A stretch of 64,000 bases of DNA from NCBI GenBank assembly GCA_963742235.1, contig CAVULT010000004.1:25765-89764 (forward strand), in the 5' to 3' direction. Below, one piece after another: positions 28,043 to 37,656 of the stretch (position 1 is the stretch's first letter; the number at the start of each line of letters is the position of its first letter). Under the pieces are notes generated by a model. That model was not told the DNA's origin. It searched no databases and saw only the letters and a list, made by a program, of their open reading frames with translations. This DNA is from Candidatus Aminicenantes bacterium. Its GTDB lineage: Bacteria; Acidobacteriota; Aminicenantia; Aminicenantales; Saccharicenantaceae. The position numbers and the translations under genes are program-made.

Positions 28043-29299
28043 ATGACGACGAGAGCGATCATCGGAAAGATCCCCGCCGCGGCGATCGCGGTCCTTCTTG
28101 TTGCTGCAGTGCTGGCGGCCTGCGGGCCGGGGAAGACGGCCAAGGAGCCGGAGGCGGCGGCCCAGGCCTCCCCTGCGGCCTCCACACCGGTCCTGGCCGC
28201 CGTGCCGCCGATGGGCTTCAACACCTGGAACAAGTTCGGCTGCGAGGTCGACGAGGCGCTCATCCGCCAGACCGCGGACGCCATGGTCGAGACCGGCATG
28301 CTCGACGCCGGCTACAGGTATCTTGTCATCGACGATTGCTGGCAGGTCGACCGGGGGGCCGACGGACGGATCATCGCCGACCCGAAGCGGTTCGCCGGCG
28401 GGATGAGGGCCCTGGCCGACTATGTCCATTCCCAAGGCCTCCTCTTCGGCCTGTACACCGATCTCGGGCCCAAGACCTGCCAGGGCCGTCCCGGCTCGGC
28501 CGGATTCCACGACATCGACGCGGCCACCTACGCCGAGTGGGGCGTCGACTACATTAAGGTCGATTGGTGCTATGCCGACGACCTCGACGCCCGCAAGGAA
28601 TACACGAGCTTCCGCGACGCCCTGCGGCGCGCGGGACGCCCCATCGTCCTGAGCATCTGCGAGTGGGGCCGGAACGACCCCTGGACCTGGGCCAAGGGCG
28701 TCGGCCAGCTCTGGCGGACGACGGCCGATATCGGCGACAACTGGGCGAGTGTCGTCTGGATCATCGGGGCCAATTCGCAGCACGCCGACGCGGCCGGGCC
28801 CGGCGGCTGGAACGATCCCGACATGCTCGAGGTCGGCAACGGCGGCATGACCTTCGACGAATACAAGGCCCACTTCTCGCTCTGGGCGATCATGGCCGCC
28901 CCGCTCATGGCCGGCAACGACCTCCGGGCCATGACTCCGGAGACCAAGTCGATCCTGCTCAACAAAGAAGTCATCGCCGTCGACCAGGATCCGCTCGGCG
29001 TCCAGGGCCGCATCGTCATCGATCGCGGCTACGGCGGCCAGGTCTGGATGAAGCCTCTGGCCGACGGGTCCAAGGCCGTCGCGTTCCTGAACCGGACCGA
29101 CGGGGAGCTGGCCCAGTACGTCCGCTGGTCCCAGATCGGCATCCCGGCCGGACCGGCCCGGGTCCGCGACCTCTGGGCCCACGAGGACAGAGGCGTTCAC
29201 ACGGATACGGGCGGCAGATACGACGAACGCTTCGAGGTCAAGGTCCCGGCCCACGGCGTGGTGATGGTCAGGATCCGGCCTGGCGATCCCGGCCGGTAG
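28043..29299 (+). CDS. GH27 alpha-galactosidase / alpha-N-acetylgalactosaminidase-like lipoprotein
   Basis: Start MTTRAIIGK...VLAACG (lipobox) follows AAGGAGAG. PPMGFNTWNKFGCEVDEALI...YRYLVIDDCWQ...GVDYIKVDWC is typical of GH27. Confidence 0.85.
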   Translation: MTTRAIIGKIPAAAIAVLLVAAVLAACGPGKTAKEPEAAAQASPAASTPVLAAVPPMGFNTWNKFGCEVDEALIRQTADAMVETGMLDAGYRYLVIDDCWQVDRGADGRIIADPKRFAGGMRALADYVHSQGLLFGLYTDLGPKTCQGRPGSAGFHDIDAATYAEWGVDYIKVDWCYADDLDARKEYTSFRDALRRAGRPIVLSICEWGRNDPWTWAKGVGQLWRTTADIGDNWASVVWIIGANSQHADAAGPGGWNDPDMLEVGNGGMTFDEYKAHFSLWAIMAAPLMAGNDLRAMTPETKSILLNKEVIAVDQDPLGVQGRIVIDRGYGGQVWMKPLADGSKAVAFLNRTDGELAQYVRWSQIGIPAGPARVRDLWAHEDRGVHTDTGGRYDERFEVKVPAHGVVMVRIRPGDPGR

Positions 29300-29315
29300 G
29301 ATCGAGACCCTTCTT

Positions 29316-31109
29316 TCAGCGGATGAACTGGTAGGCGATCACGCTGTAGGCGTGCCAGCTCACGCTGTTGTCGGCTTCCTTGACCGGACGGACCCAGATC
29401 TTGACCTTGTCGAGAGTGGGCGTCAGCAGGGTCTCCCACTGGGCGGGCAGGACCGGCACCGTGAACGTCACCACGTTGGTGCCGGACTTCCAGATGAACG
29501 AGCCGACGAGCGTCTGGAGGTCGCCGGTCGCATCCAACTTGATGGTCATGGCCTCCGGGGTCGTCGCGTCCCAGCAGTTGAACGTGGCAACGTCCATGGA
29601 CCCGCTCCCGGTCGCGTAGCCGGTCGTGATCCTGGTGATGTCGTGGAGCTTCATGGGGGCGAGCACGAGGTCCTCGACGACCCAGCGGGCGTTGCCGAGG
29701 TCCCAGGTGAGGCCGGCCCAGGCGAAGACCCAGAGGCGGGACGTGCGGGCCGCCGCGACCGTATCGATGAGGGCCTGGCGGTCGGCGGAGCGGCTCGAAT
29801 CCGCCCCGTAGAACCACCATCCGAACCCGTGGTCGGCGATCCCGCTGTAGACGAACGTCCTCGTGCGCCAGGACCAGCCCAACTTGAGGTCGTCGAGGCT
29901 GGGTTCGGTGACGATCCCTTCGGCGTGCGCCGATTGAATGTTGATCGATTTGGCGATCCTCGGGGAGACGTTCTCGTCGACATAGACGACTTCGACCCGG
30001 AAGCCCCGGGCAACGTCGCGCAGGCCGTCCGTGCCCGTGACGCCCATGTCGACCCCGCGGAAGCTCCAGGTCGTGTCGGCGTAGACGAATACCGTCTCGG
30101 CGTTCCAATCGCAGCGATGGTGATCGCCGGTCGACAGGGCTTCGGCCTGCTTTTTCTGGATGCTGAGCCAGGTATCGCCGACGCGCCGGACCAGCCCCTC
30201 GGGAGTGAATTGAGGCAGCTTGTCGATGTCGTCGGCGTACCAGACGCGCCGCGCGTAGAGGCTGCCGTCGGCGTTCATGGTGGACGCGACGAGGGCCGCC
30301 CCGCGCCCGGCCAGGGCCTGCAGCCCCTCGAAATTCCCGGCCGAGCCGGTCCCGGACGTGACGTCGACGTAGATCGTGTTGCCGTTGCCGTTGAACCCGA
30401 CCAGGGCGCCCTGGAGCGTCCTGACCGTGAACGTGCCCGTGCCGTCCGGGTTCGTGGCGGCCTCGGTGATATCGCCGAGGGTGCGGGCGAACTGGATGCT
30501 GCCGAGGTCGCGCGGCAGGATCTTGTGGCGGACCTTCAGGCCGATGACCACCTTGCCGTCGAGGTTGACGATCGACAGCGGGTGGGCCAGGTCGAAATCG
30601 ATGCCGACGATATTGTTGACGTCGGCCTCGACGACAAGGTTCGGGGCGAGATCGACCTTGATCTCCCCGGTGCCGCTCGGGTCGGCGACGGTGATGTCCT
30701 CGGGCTTGATGACCGTCCCGTCGGCGGTGACGAGATTCATCGAGTCGGGTTGCGTGCTCGTGTTCAGGACCAGCTTGAGCCGGTCATAGGTGCCGGCCTT
30801 GATGGTGCCGGCGTTCAGGATGTCGGTAACGCCGCTGAGGTCGACCAGGTTGACCTTGCCGGAGGCCGGGTCGGTCGCGTTGGCCGTCCAGAAGTCCTCC
30901 CAGGTTTCGCTGCCCCGGCGGTGCAGGCTGGCGGACAGGAAGTGGACGGTCACTTCCGTCCAATCTTCGGTCGGATCATCGGTGATGAGCAGCTTCAGGC
31001 TGCCCGTGCCGCCCGAGGCGCCGCCGCCGATGATGTTGCAGGAGTTCATCAGGCCGAAGCCGGCGACGCCCAGGACAAAGAGGGCGATCATGCTGAAAAA
31101 ACGGCGCAT
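29316..31109 (-). CDS. DUF4382 domain-containing lipoprotein
   Basis: MRRFFSMIALFVLGVAGFGLMNSC (lipobox), then LKLLITDDP...VNLVDLSGV...GTYDRLKLVL...EIKVDL, the DUF4382 pattern. ATG at 31109 follows AAGGAGGA. Confidence 0.65.
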   Translation of the reverse strand: MRRFFSMIALFVLGVAGFGLMNSCNIIGGGASGGTGSLKLLITDDPTEDWTEVTVHFLSASLHRRGSETWEDFWTANATDPASGKVNLVDLSGVTDILNAGTIKAGTYDRLKLVLNTSTQPDSMNLVTADGTVIKPEDITVADPSGTGEIKVDLAPNLVVEADVNNIVGIDFDLAHPLSIVNLDGKVVIGLKVRHKILPRDLGSIQFARTLGDITEAATNPDGTGTFTVRTLQGALVGFNGNGNTIYVDVTSGTGSAGNFEGLQALAGRGAALVASTMNADGSLYARRVWYADDIDKLPQFTPEGLVRRVGDTWLSIQKKQAEALSTGDHHRCDWNAETVFVYADTTWSFRGVDMGVTGTDGLRDVARGFRVEVVYVDENVSPRIAKSINIQSAHAEGIVTEPSLDDLKLGWSWRTRTFVYSGIADHGFGWWFYGADSSRSADRQALIDTVAAARTSRLWVFAWAGLTWDLGNARWVVEDLVLAPMKLHDITRITTGYATGSGSMDVATFNCWDATTPEAMTIKLDATGDLQTLVGSFIWKSGTNVVTFTVPVLPAQWETLLTPTLDKVKIWVRPVKEADNSVSWHAYSVIAYQFIR

Positions 31110-31318
31110 CCGATCCTCCTTCCGATTCAAGTCCGGCCGGAACGACTCAGAACCCCTTTCATCGATATGATAGGCCTCCCCCCCGGGGGGTGTCAAACGG
31201 CGGGAACGGTCTCTCGGGGATCATGGATCTCGCGTCTCGACTGCCATTATCGGCGGCGGGTCCTCGGGTTTAATCCCCGGGAAAGGGGATTTTCCGGGGC
31301 ATTCGCCCGATCTTCTGG

Positions 31319-33397
31319 CTAGCCCTTCCGCCCGGCGAGATCGGCCGTCGCGGCGGCCGCCCTTTCCAAGACATCGGCCATCCGGGACAGGCGGTCATTC
31401 AGATCGGCCGCGAGCGCCTGCCGCTTCGGCCGAAGCTCGGCCACGGCCCGGCCGATCTCGCCCGCCTGAACCAGGCGATACTGCGGCACGACGTCCAGCG
31501 GCCGCGGCAGATGGCCCTGCGCGCCCCAGTTGATGCGCTCGAAGGCCGGGTCGAGCCGGGCGATGTACTTCAGATAGACCGGATAGCTGAAAGTGATCCC
31601 GAGGCGCGTCAGATAAGCGCCGCCGAAGGCCTTCAGCGCGGCGTCCTTATCCGGCGGGGCGGCCGCGAGCGCGGCCAGCGCCGCGTCGAGAAGGCGCAGG
31701 TCCCTGAGCGCCGACTGATAGGGATAAACGGTCAGGTCGTCGTCCGCCGGCGACAAGGCCGTGAAAGCGCTGTTCAGGGTCTTCTCGACGGCGAGGAGGC
31801 CCGCATTGACCGCCGCGGTCCGTCCGGCGGAGATCGAGGAGCGCTCCGCTTCGAAGGCCTCCGCCGCCCGGCCGAAGGACTCCAGGGCTTTGTCCACGCG
31901 GGAGACGATCGCCGGGTCCGCCCCCGATCCGCCGACACCATCGCCCTTCCAAGCCCCGGCCAGATCCTCGGCCCTGGCTTCGAGGCTGTAGGGCAGAAGG
32001 CCCGCGTCGAGCTCTGCCGCGGCCCGGAAGATGAACTTGGCGATCCGGGCCAGGTGGGCCCAATCGACCAAGGCCGACGTCTCGAGGTTCGAATGATAGA
32101 GCTTATCGTACTCGTCGGTCTGCACGTTCATCTTGAAGCTGGGGATGCCGGCGGCGGTGAAGGTCCATTGGTCGTTCCAGGAGTTGACCGGCGTGAGCCA
32201 TTCGACGCCATAGGCCAGCAGGTCCGAGGACCGGGAGGTCAGCCTCTCAAGCCAGGGCTTGAGCTCGGGTGTCGAGCGGAGGGACAGCGGCGCGCCCTCG
32301 AGGGCCATGGTCTCGAGATTGATGAGCGCCCGGACGCGTCCGGCCCATTCGGGGTGGGAGCGGGTCGCCGCCCAGAAGGCCCCGACGATCCATTCGTAAT
32401 AAGAATCGGTGTATCCGAACTCCTCTCCGGTCGTCGCCAGGAAGACGATCGTCGAGCCCGGCCGGAACCCGCTCGTCGTCATCGCTTTGGCGATGCTGAG
32501 CAGGTTCACGAGCGCGCCCGTGTCGTCCGCGCCGGCCCGGAAATGGGCGTCCTGGTGGGCCGCAAGAAGGATGATCTGGCCGTCGCCGCGCGAACCCGGG
32601 ATCTCGCCGATGACGTTCGTGCCGGTCCCGCCGTCCCGGGCCAAGGTCACTTTTTCCTCGAGGACCAGAGTGCCGGCGACCGGGCCCGACCCGAGCTCGG
32701 ACTTGAGCCAGTCGCCGTCCCGGCGGGAGATGTAGATCCACGGCGGGGCGCCGAGATCGTACTGGCCGTCGAAGCTGCCCAGGGCCCGCTCGGAGGCCGA
32801 AAAATACTTCGGGTCGTCGGGCGTGTATGTGCAGACGATCCCGGCCGCGCCCCGATTCCCGGCCTCGAAGGCCGGAAGCGAGATCCACCAGGAGCCGAGC
32901 CTCAGGTCGACCAGAACGAGCTTCCCGGAGACGTCGCCGGCCGCGTCGAAATCGGCCGCCGTGCCCCCGCCGACGTAGACGATGGGCGCCGTCAGGCCGC
33001 CGGCGGGAGTCGGAGGCACGCCGGCGAAGGTCGAGGCGGTCATGCGGCGGCCGCCGACGGCCAGGGACGCCCCCTCGAACTCGAACACGTCGACGGGCAC
33101 CGGCTCGAGCCGCACGCCGGCGAGACGCATGGCCTTCATCTCCGCGGCCACCCGGTCGCTCACGGCTCGTTCGGCCGATGTGCCGGCCCAGCGGAAGCCG
33201 AGCTCGGGGTCGGTTCCGAGCGAGCAGAAATAGCTCTCGAGGGCCTGGGGATAGCCTTGGGCGAAGAGCGCGTCGATCGCCCGGTCGAAGGCAGGGGGGC
33301 CGGCGTGACGGCAGGCCGGCGCGGCCAGGAGGACGATCGACAGGATCAGAGGCACGAACCTGGGGATGCGGGGGTCGCGGACGCTCATGGCTGGCAT
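31319..33397 (-). CDS. M28 family metallopeptidase with PA domain
   Basis: Signal peptide. The PA-like insert reads KLVLVDL. The M28 core reads ILLAAHQDAHFRAGADDTGALVNLLSIAKAM...FLATTGEEFG. Confidence 0.75.
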   Translation of the reverse strand: MPAMSVRDPRIPRFVPLILSIVLLAAPACRHAGPPAFDRAIDALFAQGYPQALESYFCSLGTDPELGFRWAGTSAERAVSDRVAAEMKAMRLAGVRLEPVPVDVFEFEGASLAVGGRRMTASTFAGVPPTPAGGLTAPIVYVGGGTAADFDAAGDVSGKLVLVDLRLGSWWISLPAFEAGNRGAAGIVCTYTPDDPKYFSASERALGSFDGQYDLGAPPWIYISRRDGDWLKSELGSGPVAGTLVLEEKVTLARDGGTGTNVIGEIPGSRGDGQIILLAAHQDAHFRAGADDTGALVNLLSIAKAMTTSGFRPGSTIVFLATTGEEFGYTDSYYEWIVGAFWAATRSHPEWAGRVRALINLETMALEGAPLSLRSTPELKPWLERLTSRSSDLLAYGVEWLTPVNSWNDQWTFTAAGIPSFKMNVQTDEYDKLYHSNLETSALVDWAHLARIAKFIFRAAAELDAGLLPYSLEARAEDLAGAWKGDGVGGSGADPAIVSRVDKALESFGRAAEAFEAERSSISAGRTAAVNAGLLAVEKTLNSAFTALSPADDDLTVYPYQSALRDLRLLDAALAALAAAPPDKDAALKAFGGAYLTRLGITFSYPVYLKYIARLDPAFERINWGAQGHLPRPLDVVPQYRLVQAGEIGRAVAELRPKRQALAADLNDRLSRMADVLERAAAATADLAGRKG

Positions 33398-33542
33398 GGC
33401 TGGACTTTTCCTTCCGGCAAGGGATGATGTCGCGTTCGAGCGGAAGATATCAACGGGGCGGGGACGGAGTCAAGGAGCGCTTGATAACCCCCGGCCCCCG
33501 GCCTACAATGACGGCAACGGGCCGGTAAAAGGAGGACCGATC

Positions 33543-33995
33543 ATGCTCAAGAAATTCTTCGCCACCGACAAGAGCCTCTCCACGACGATCCTCCGCGTCA
33601 TGCTCGGGGTGGTCATGTTCCCGCACGGCGCCCAGAAGCTCCTGGGCTGGTTCGGCGGCCGCGGCTACGAGGCCACGATCAAGAGCTTCACCACTGGAAA
33701 CCTGCACCTGCCCGAGTTCCTGGCGGTCCTCATCGTCCTGACCGAATCGGTCGGGGCGCTGGCGCTCGTCGCGGGGTTCTTCACCCGGCTCGCCGCCCTG
33801 GCCGTCACCGTGGACATGGCCTGCGCCATCATCCTCGTCCACTCGAAGATCGGATTCTTCATGAACTGGTCGGGAACGGCCAAAGGCGAGGGCTTCGAGT
33901 ACCATCTCCTGATGATCGCCATCGGCCTGGCGGTGATGATCAAGGGCGGCGGCCCGTGGTCCCTCGACGGCGCGATCGCGAAGAGATTGAGATGA
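33543..33995 (+). CDS. DoxX family membrane protein
   Basis: MLKKFFATDKSLSTTILRVMLGVVMFPHGAQKLLGWFGG..., preceded by AAAGGAGGA. Confidence 0.85.
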   Translation: MLKKFFATDKSLSTTILRVMLGVVMFPHGAQKLLGWFGGRGYEATIKSFTTGNLHLPEFLAVLIVLTESVGALALVAGFFTRLAALAVTVDMACAIILVHSKIGFFMNWSGTAKGEGFEYHLLMIAIGLAVMIKGGGPWSLDGAIAKRLR

Positions 33996-36202
33996 CCGTG
34001 CGTCGACCGGCGCCCCGTCGGGCCCTCCCCCCCGCCGCCGGTCTTCTGGCCTGTCTCGCTGCGGTCTTCTTCACGGCCTGCGGAGATCGCTCTCCTCAGA
34101 GCGCGAGCCCGCCGGTCGCTCAAGGGCCGGCCGAGAGCGCCGCCCTGCCGGCCGCGGCCCAGTTCGCCGACCACGATCTCCTCGGCGAGCTCGAGCTGGC
34201 GAAGACCGGCGACCCGACCTTCGAGTCGGTCGCCTCGTATCTCCCCGCGCTGAAAAAGCCGCGCGAGGCCGTCGGCGTCAAACATCATCCGTACGAGATC
34301 GGCGTCGCCCCCGACGCCTCGTTGGAGCTCTCCGAGGACGCGAGCATCGCGGAGAACCCGAAGGCCTGGTTCGAGGTCGGCGAGCCGGCCGTGCGCTACG
34401 GCGCGGCGCCCGGCGGATGCCGCAAGAGCCTCATCGACGCCGCTCCGGTCGTCACCTCGGTGTTCGACCATGAAGGCGTCACCTACAGGCAAACCGTGTT
34501 CGGCTATTCCGAAGGCTTGAGCCCGGACGAGGGGCTTTGGGCTTTCGCGGAGCTTCGAGCCGAGAGCACGGACCCGACGGTGCGCCGGACGAAGGCCGGC
34601 CTGCGCCTCGGCCCCGGGAACGCGGCCTCGACCGTCCGCGCCTGGGACCTGGGACTCTCCCCCGGCGTCCCGGCGGCCGTCCGCGTCAAGATCCCCTTCG
34701 ACGCCCCGGATGAAGGCTGGAGGGAAGTCGGCGCCGCCGAGTTCGAAAAAGTCAGGCGCGAGGTCCTGGATTATTGGAAGAAGGACCTTGGCTCGGGGAC
34801 CACGCTCCGCACCCCCGAAGAGCGGGTCGACGAGGCCCGCCGCGCCTGGCTGGCCTTCGCTTCGCTCGACGTCGACCAGATCGACGGCGCCCTCGAGCCC
34901 CACGACGGGGCGGGGTTCTACGAGCAGGTTTACGGCTATAGCGCCGCGCTCTATGCCCATGCCCTCGACCTCTGGGGAAGGCCTGACGAAGCCCGCCGGA
35001 TCCTCGACTCTCTCCTGACCCTCCAGGCGCCGGGCGGGGTCTTCACGTCGCACTTCGGAACCCCGGACACGGGGGCGCTGCTCTTCGCCATGTGCGAGCA
35101 TTTCACGCTCACCGCCGACGCGGCCTGGCTCGAGCGGGTCGCCCCGAACATGATCCGGATGGCCGGCTGGATCACGGCCAAGCGCCGCGAGTCGATGACG
35201 CCTCCGGGCGCGCCCCGGACCGCGACCTACGGCCTGATCAAATTCCGGCCTTACGCCGACAGCCTGGACCCCGCCTACGATTATTTCGGAGACACTTACT
35301 GCGCGGTCGGGCTGGAGAAGACGGCGCGCGCCCTGGCCGCCGTCGGCCTCGCCACGGACGCCGGGCGGATCGCCATCGAGGCCGAAGCCTATCGCCGGGA
35401 CATCCTGGCGTCGATGGACACGGCGGTGTTCGAGAGCGGCGGCCTGAAGGTCCTGCCGCTCGAGCCGGAGACTCATCGCATCCTCAAGGACTCGAAGGGC
35501 CGGGCGAGCGACTATTACAGCCTCATCGCGAGCTGCATGCTGGAGAGCGAGTTCCTGCCCGCGGCGGACGAGCGCGCCGGCTGGGTCATGCGCTTCCTCG
35601 AAGAGAAGGGCGGCCTGCGGCTCGGCCTGTGCGAGTTCGGCGGAGGCATCGATCACGCCTACACTTACGGCTACTGGCTCGACTGCCTGAAGCTCGACCG
35701 GGTCAAGCAGGCCATCCTCGGCTTCTACGGCTCCCTCGCCTATGGCATGTCCCGGGAGACGTATGCCGGGGTCGAAGTGACGAGGCTGTTCACGGGGGAT
35801 AACGAACCGACGCTCCCCCATCTCTATTCCTGCACCCAGCAGCTGCGGCTCCTGAGGATGATGCTCGTCCAGGAGGACGGCGACCGCCTCTGGATAGGCC
35901 GAGCCCTGCCGCGGCACTGGCTTGCGGGCGAGGCCGTGACCGAGATCAAGGACGCGCCGACGGCTTTCGGACCCGTCTCATTCGTGATCCATCCTCACCC
36001 CGATCAGGGCCGGACCGATGTCGAGCTCTGGGTCCCGGCGCGGCGGGCGCCGAAGTCGATCCTCCTGCGGCTGAGGGACCCCGGGAGGCGAAAGATCGCC
36101 GATGTCAAAGTCAACGGCGAGGCCATCAGGACCTTCACGGGGGACACGATCGAGCTCGGATCTCCCCAGCGGCATTTGGATATCGAGGTCACATACAACT
36201 AG
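33992..36202 (+). CDS. Hypothetical lipoprotein, possibly (alpha/alpha)6-barrel glycosidase-like
   Basis: The ATG overlaps the doxX stop (ATGA). Lipobox FFTAC. The central region GFYEQVYGYSAALYAHALDLWGRPDEARRILDSLL is helical-repeat-like. The fold assignment is a guess. Confidence 0.45.
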   Translation: MTVRRPAPRRALPPAAGLLACLAAVFFTACGDRSPQSASPPVAQGPAESAALPAAAQFADHDLLGELELAKTGDPTFESVASYLPALKKPREAVGVKHHPYEIGVAPDASLELSEDASIAENPKAWFEVGEPAVRYGAAPGGCRKSLIDAAPVVTSVFDHEGVTYRQTVFGYSEGLSPDEGLWAFAELRAESTDPTVRRTKAGLRLGPGNAASTVRAWDLGLSPGVPAAVRVKIPFDAPDEGWREVGAAEFEKVRREVLDYWKKDLGSGTTLRTPEERVDEARRAWLAFASLDVDQIDGALEPHDGAGFYEQVYGYSAALYAHALDLWGRPDEARRILDSLLTLQAPGGVFTSHFGTPDTGALLFAMCEHFTLTADAAWLERVAPNMIRMAGWITAKRRESMTPPGAPRTATYGLIKFRPYADSLDPAYDYFGDTYCAVGLEKTARALAAVGLATDAGRIAIEAEAYRRDILASMDTAVFESGGLKVLPLEPETHRILKDSKGRASDYYSLIASCMLESEFLPAADERAGWVMRFLEEKGGLRLGLCEFGGGIDHAYTYGYWLDCLKLDRVKQAILGFYGSLAYGMSRETYAGVEVTRLFTGDNEPTLPHLYSCTQQLRLLRMMLVQEDGDRLWIGRALPRHWLAGEAVTEIKDAPTAFGPVSFVIHPHPDQGRTDVELWVPARRAPKSILLRLRDPGRRKIADVKVNGEAIRTFTGDTIELGSPQRHLDIEVTYN

Positions 36203-36216
36203 CCGCGGGGACCTGC

Positions 36217-37368
36217 CTATTGAAATGTCGCGCTGGCTGCCGTGTGGGCGTCCGTGGCCACGGTGACGGACATCTCCTGCGACGGCCGGTCGGGCGTCGA
36301 GAAGACGACCGTATAATCACCGACCGGCAGGACGACGGGATAAGGGCCGCCGTCGAGGACGTTGATCGAGGCGACCTCGATCATGACGGCCGCGCTGTTC
36401 AGAATCACTTGCTGACGGAACGAGACCGTCGCGTAGATATCCGGACCGGTGCCCGTGACATTGACGTCCACGGTGCCCGAGTCCGGAGCGGCCACGAGCG
36501 CAAAATCCTGCGTATAGGTCTGACCGCCCTCGGCCGTGAGGTTGAACACCAAAGGCGCAAAGCCCTCCAGGCTCGCGACGAGGTTATACGTTTCATTTTG
36601 GGCGTTGGCCGCGACGAAGAGCTCGTAATGGCCGGTCTCGTCGGTCAGGGTCGACGCTTGCACGACGACCTGATCGATCGTGGGCGCCGTTTCGTCGATG
36701 TAGACTTGGGCCGTGATGAAGGCTCCCGCCACAGGGGTCTGATCGCCGGCCCGGGTCACGGTCCCGCTGATGATCGAGGCGAGGCTCGTGTCGATCACCT
36801 GGATCGTCGGCTTGAGGAGATAATGCCCGCTGTTGCCGGCGACGACCACGGATCGCGAGGCGTCGAAATCGAGGGTCAGCTCGGTCGTGCTGTTTGCGTT
36901 GATCTCGAATCCCTGGACCAACTTGATCCCGGTCTGCAAGCCGGAGGGCACTTTGAGCTCGTGAGCCGCATCGGACAGATCGATGACGTAATTCGCGTAG
37001 GGATGGGTCCGGTTCAAGATGTTGAGGCCGCTGTCCGGGTTGGCGCCGATGATGAGCCGCATCTGCGTATAGAGGCCGTCGGCGAGTTTCACCAGCGCCA
37101 GATCCTCCCTGACGCCATTCGCCAGATCCAGGAGGTTGTAGGTCTTGTTCGGCGTGGCGACGGTCGTCCAGGCCTCGGCCGCATCGGCGTCGGCGTGGAC
37201 ATCGATCTCGGCAATGGTGACATAGACGGCCTTGTACTGGTCTGTCGAAACGTCGGTGAGGGACAGGGACAGCAGCCCCGAGTCGCCGCTGGACGAACAC
37301 CCGACGAGACCGATCATCAGGACGGCCAGCAGCGGGAAGCCCTTTGTCTTCGGGAAGAGTGATTTCAT
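36217..37368 (-). CDS. DUF4382 plus carboxypeptidase-regulatory-like domain lipoprotein
   Basis: Lipobox LVGC. LSLSLTDVS...YNLLDLANG...GLYTQMRLII...ELKVPSG fits DUF4382. ISGTVT...TDETGHYELF fits CarboxypepD_reg. Confidence 0.65.
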   Translation of the reverse strand: MKSLFPKTKGFPLLAVLMIGLVGCSSSGDSGLLSLSLTDVSTDQYKAVYVTIAEIDVHADADAAEAWTTVATPNKTYNLLDLANGVREDLALVKLADGLYTQMRLIIGANPDSGLNILNRTHPYANYVIDLSDAAHELKVPSGLQTGIKLVQGFEINANSTTELTLDFDASRSVVVAGNSGHYLLKPTIQVIDTSLASIISGTVTRAGDQTPVAGAFITAQVYIDETAPTIDQVVVQASTLTDETGHYELFVAANAQNETYNLVASLEGFAPLVFNLTAEGGQTYTQDFALVAAPDSGTVDVNVTGTGPDIYATVSFRQQVILNSAAVMIEVASINVLDGGPYPVVLPVGDYTVVFSTPDRPSQEMSVTVATDAHTAASATFQ

Positions 37369-37656
37369 GGCCTACCCTCCTTTTCCAAAGAATCCGTTTC
37401 GCCCCGATGGTTATTTAAATGCTAGTCTCCCGGAAGACAGCTGTCAAGAATCCGAAACCGTTTCGCAGGCTGGCATCCCGGATCCGGCCCTCCCCTCCAT
37501 TTTTTCATGCATAATCTATTGATTTTTAATGATGATACCGCCCCTACCCCAAATAGGGGAAAATGGCGGGAGCCCGACCGGATTCTCATCGCTCGGACGA
37601 GTCGACGCATGGGACCGGGAAGAATTACGTCCAATAATCGGACACTTCAGCGGGAA

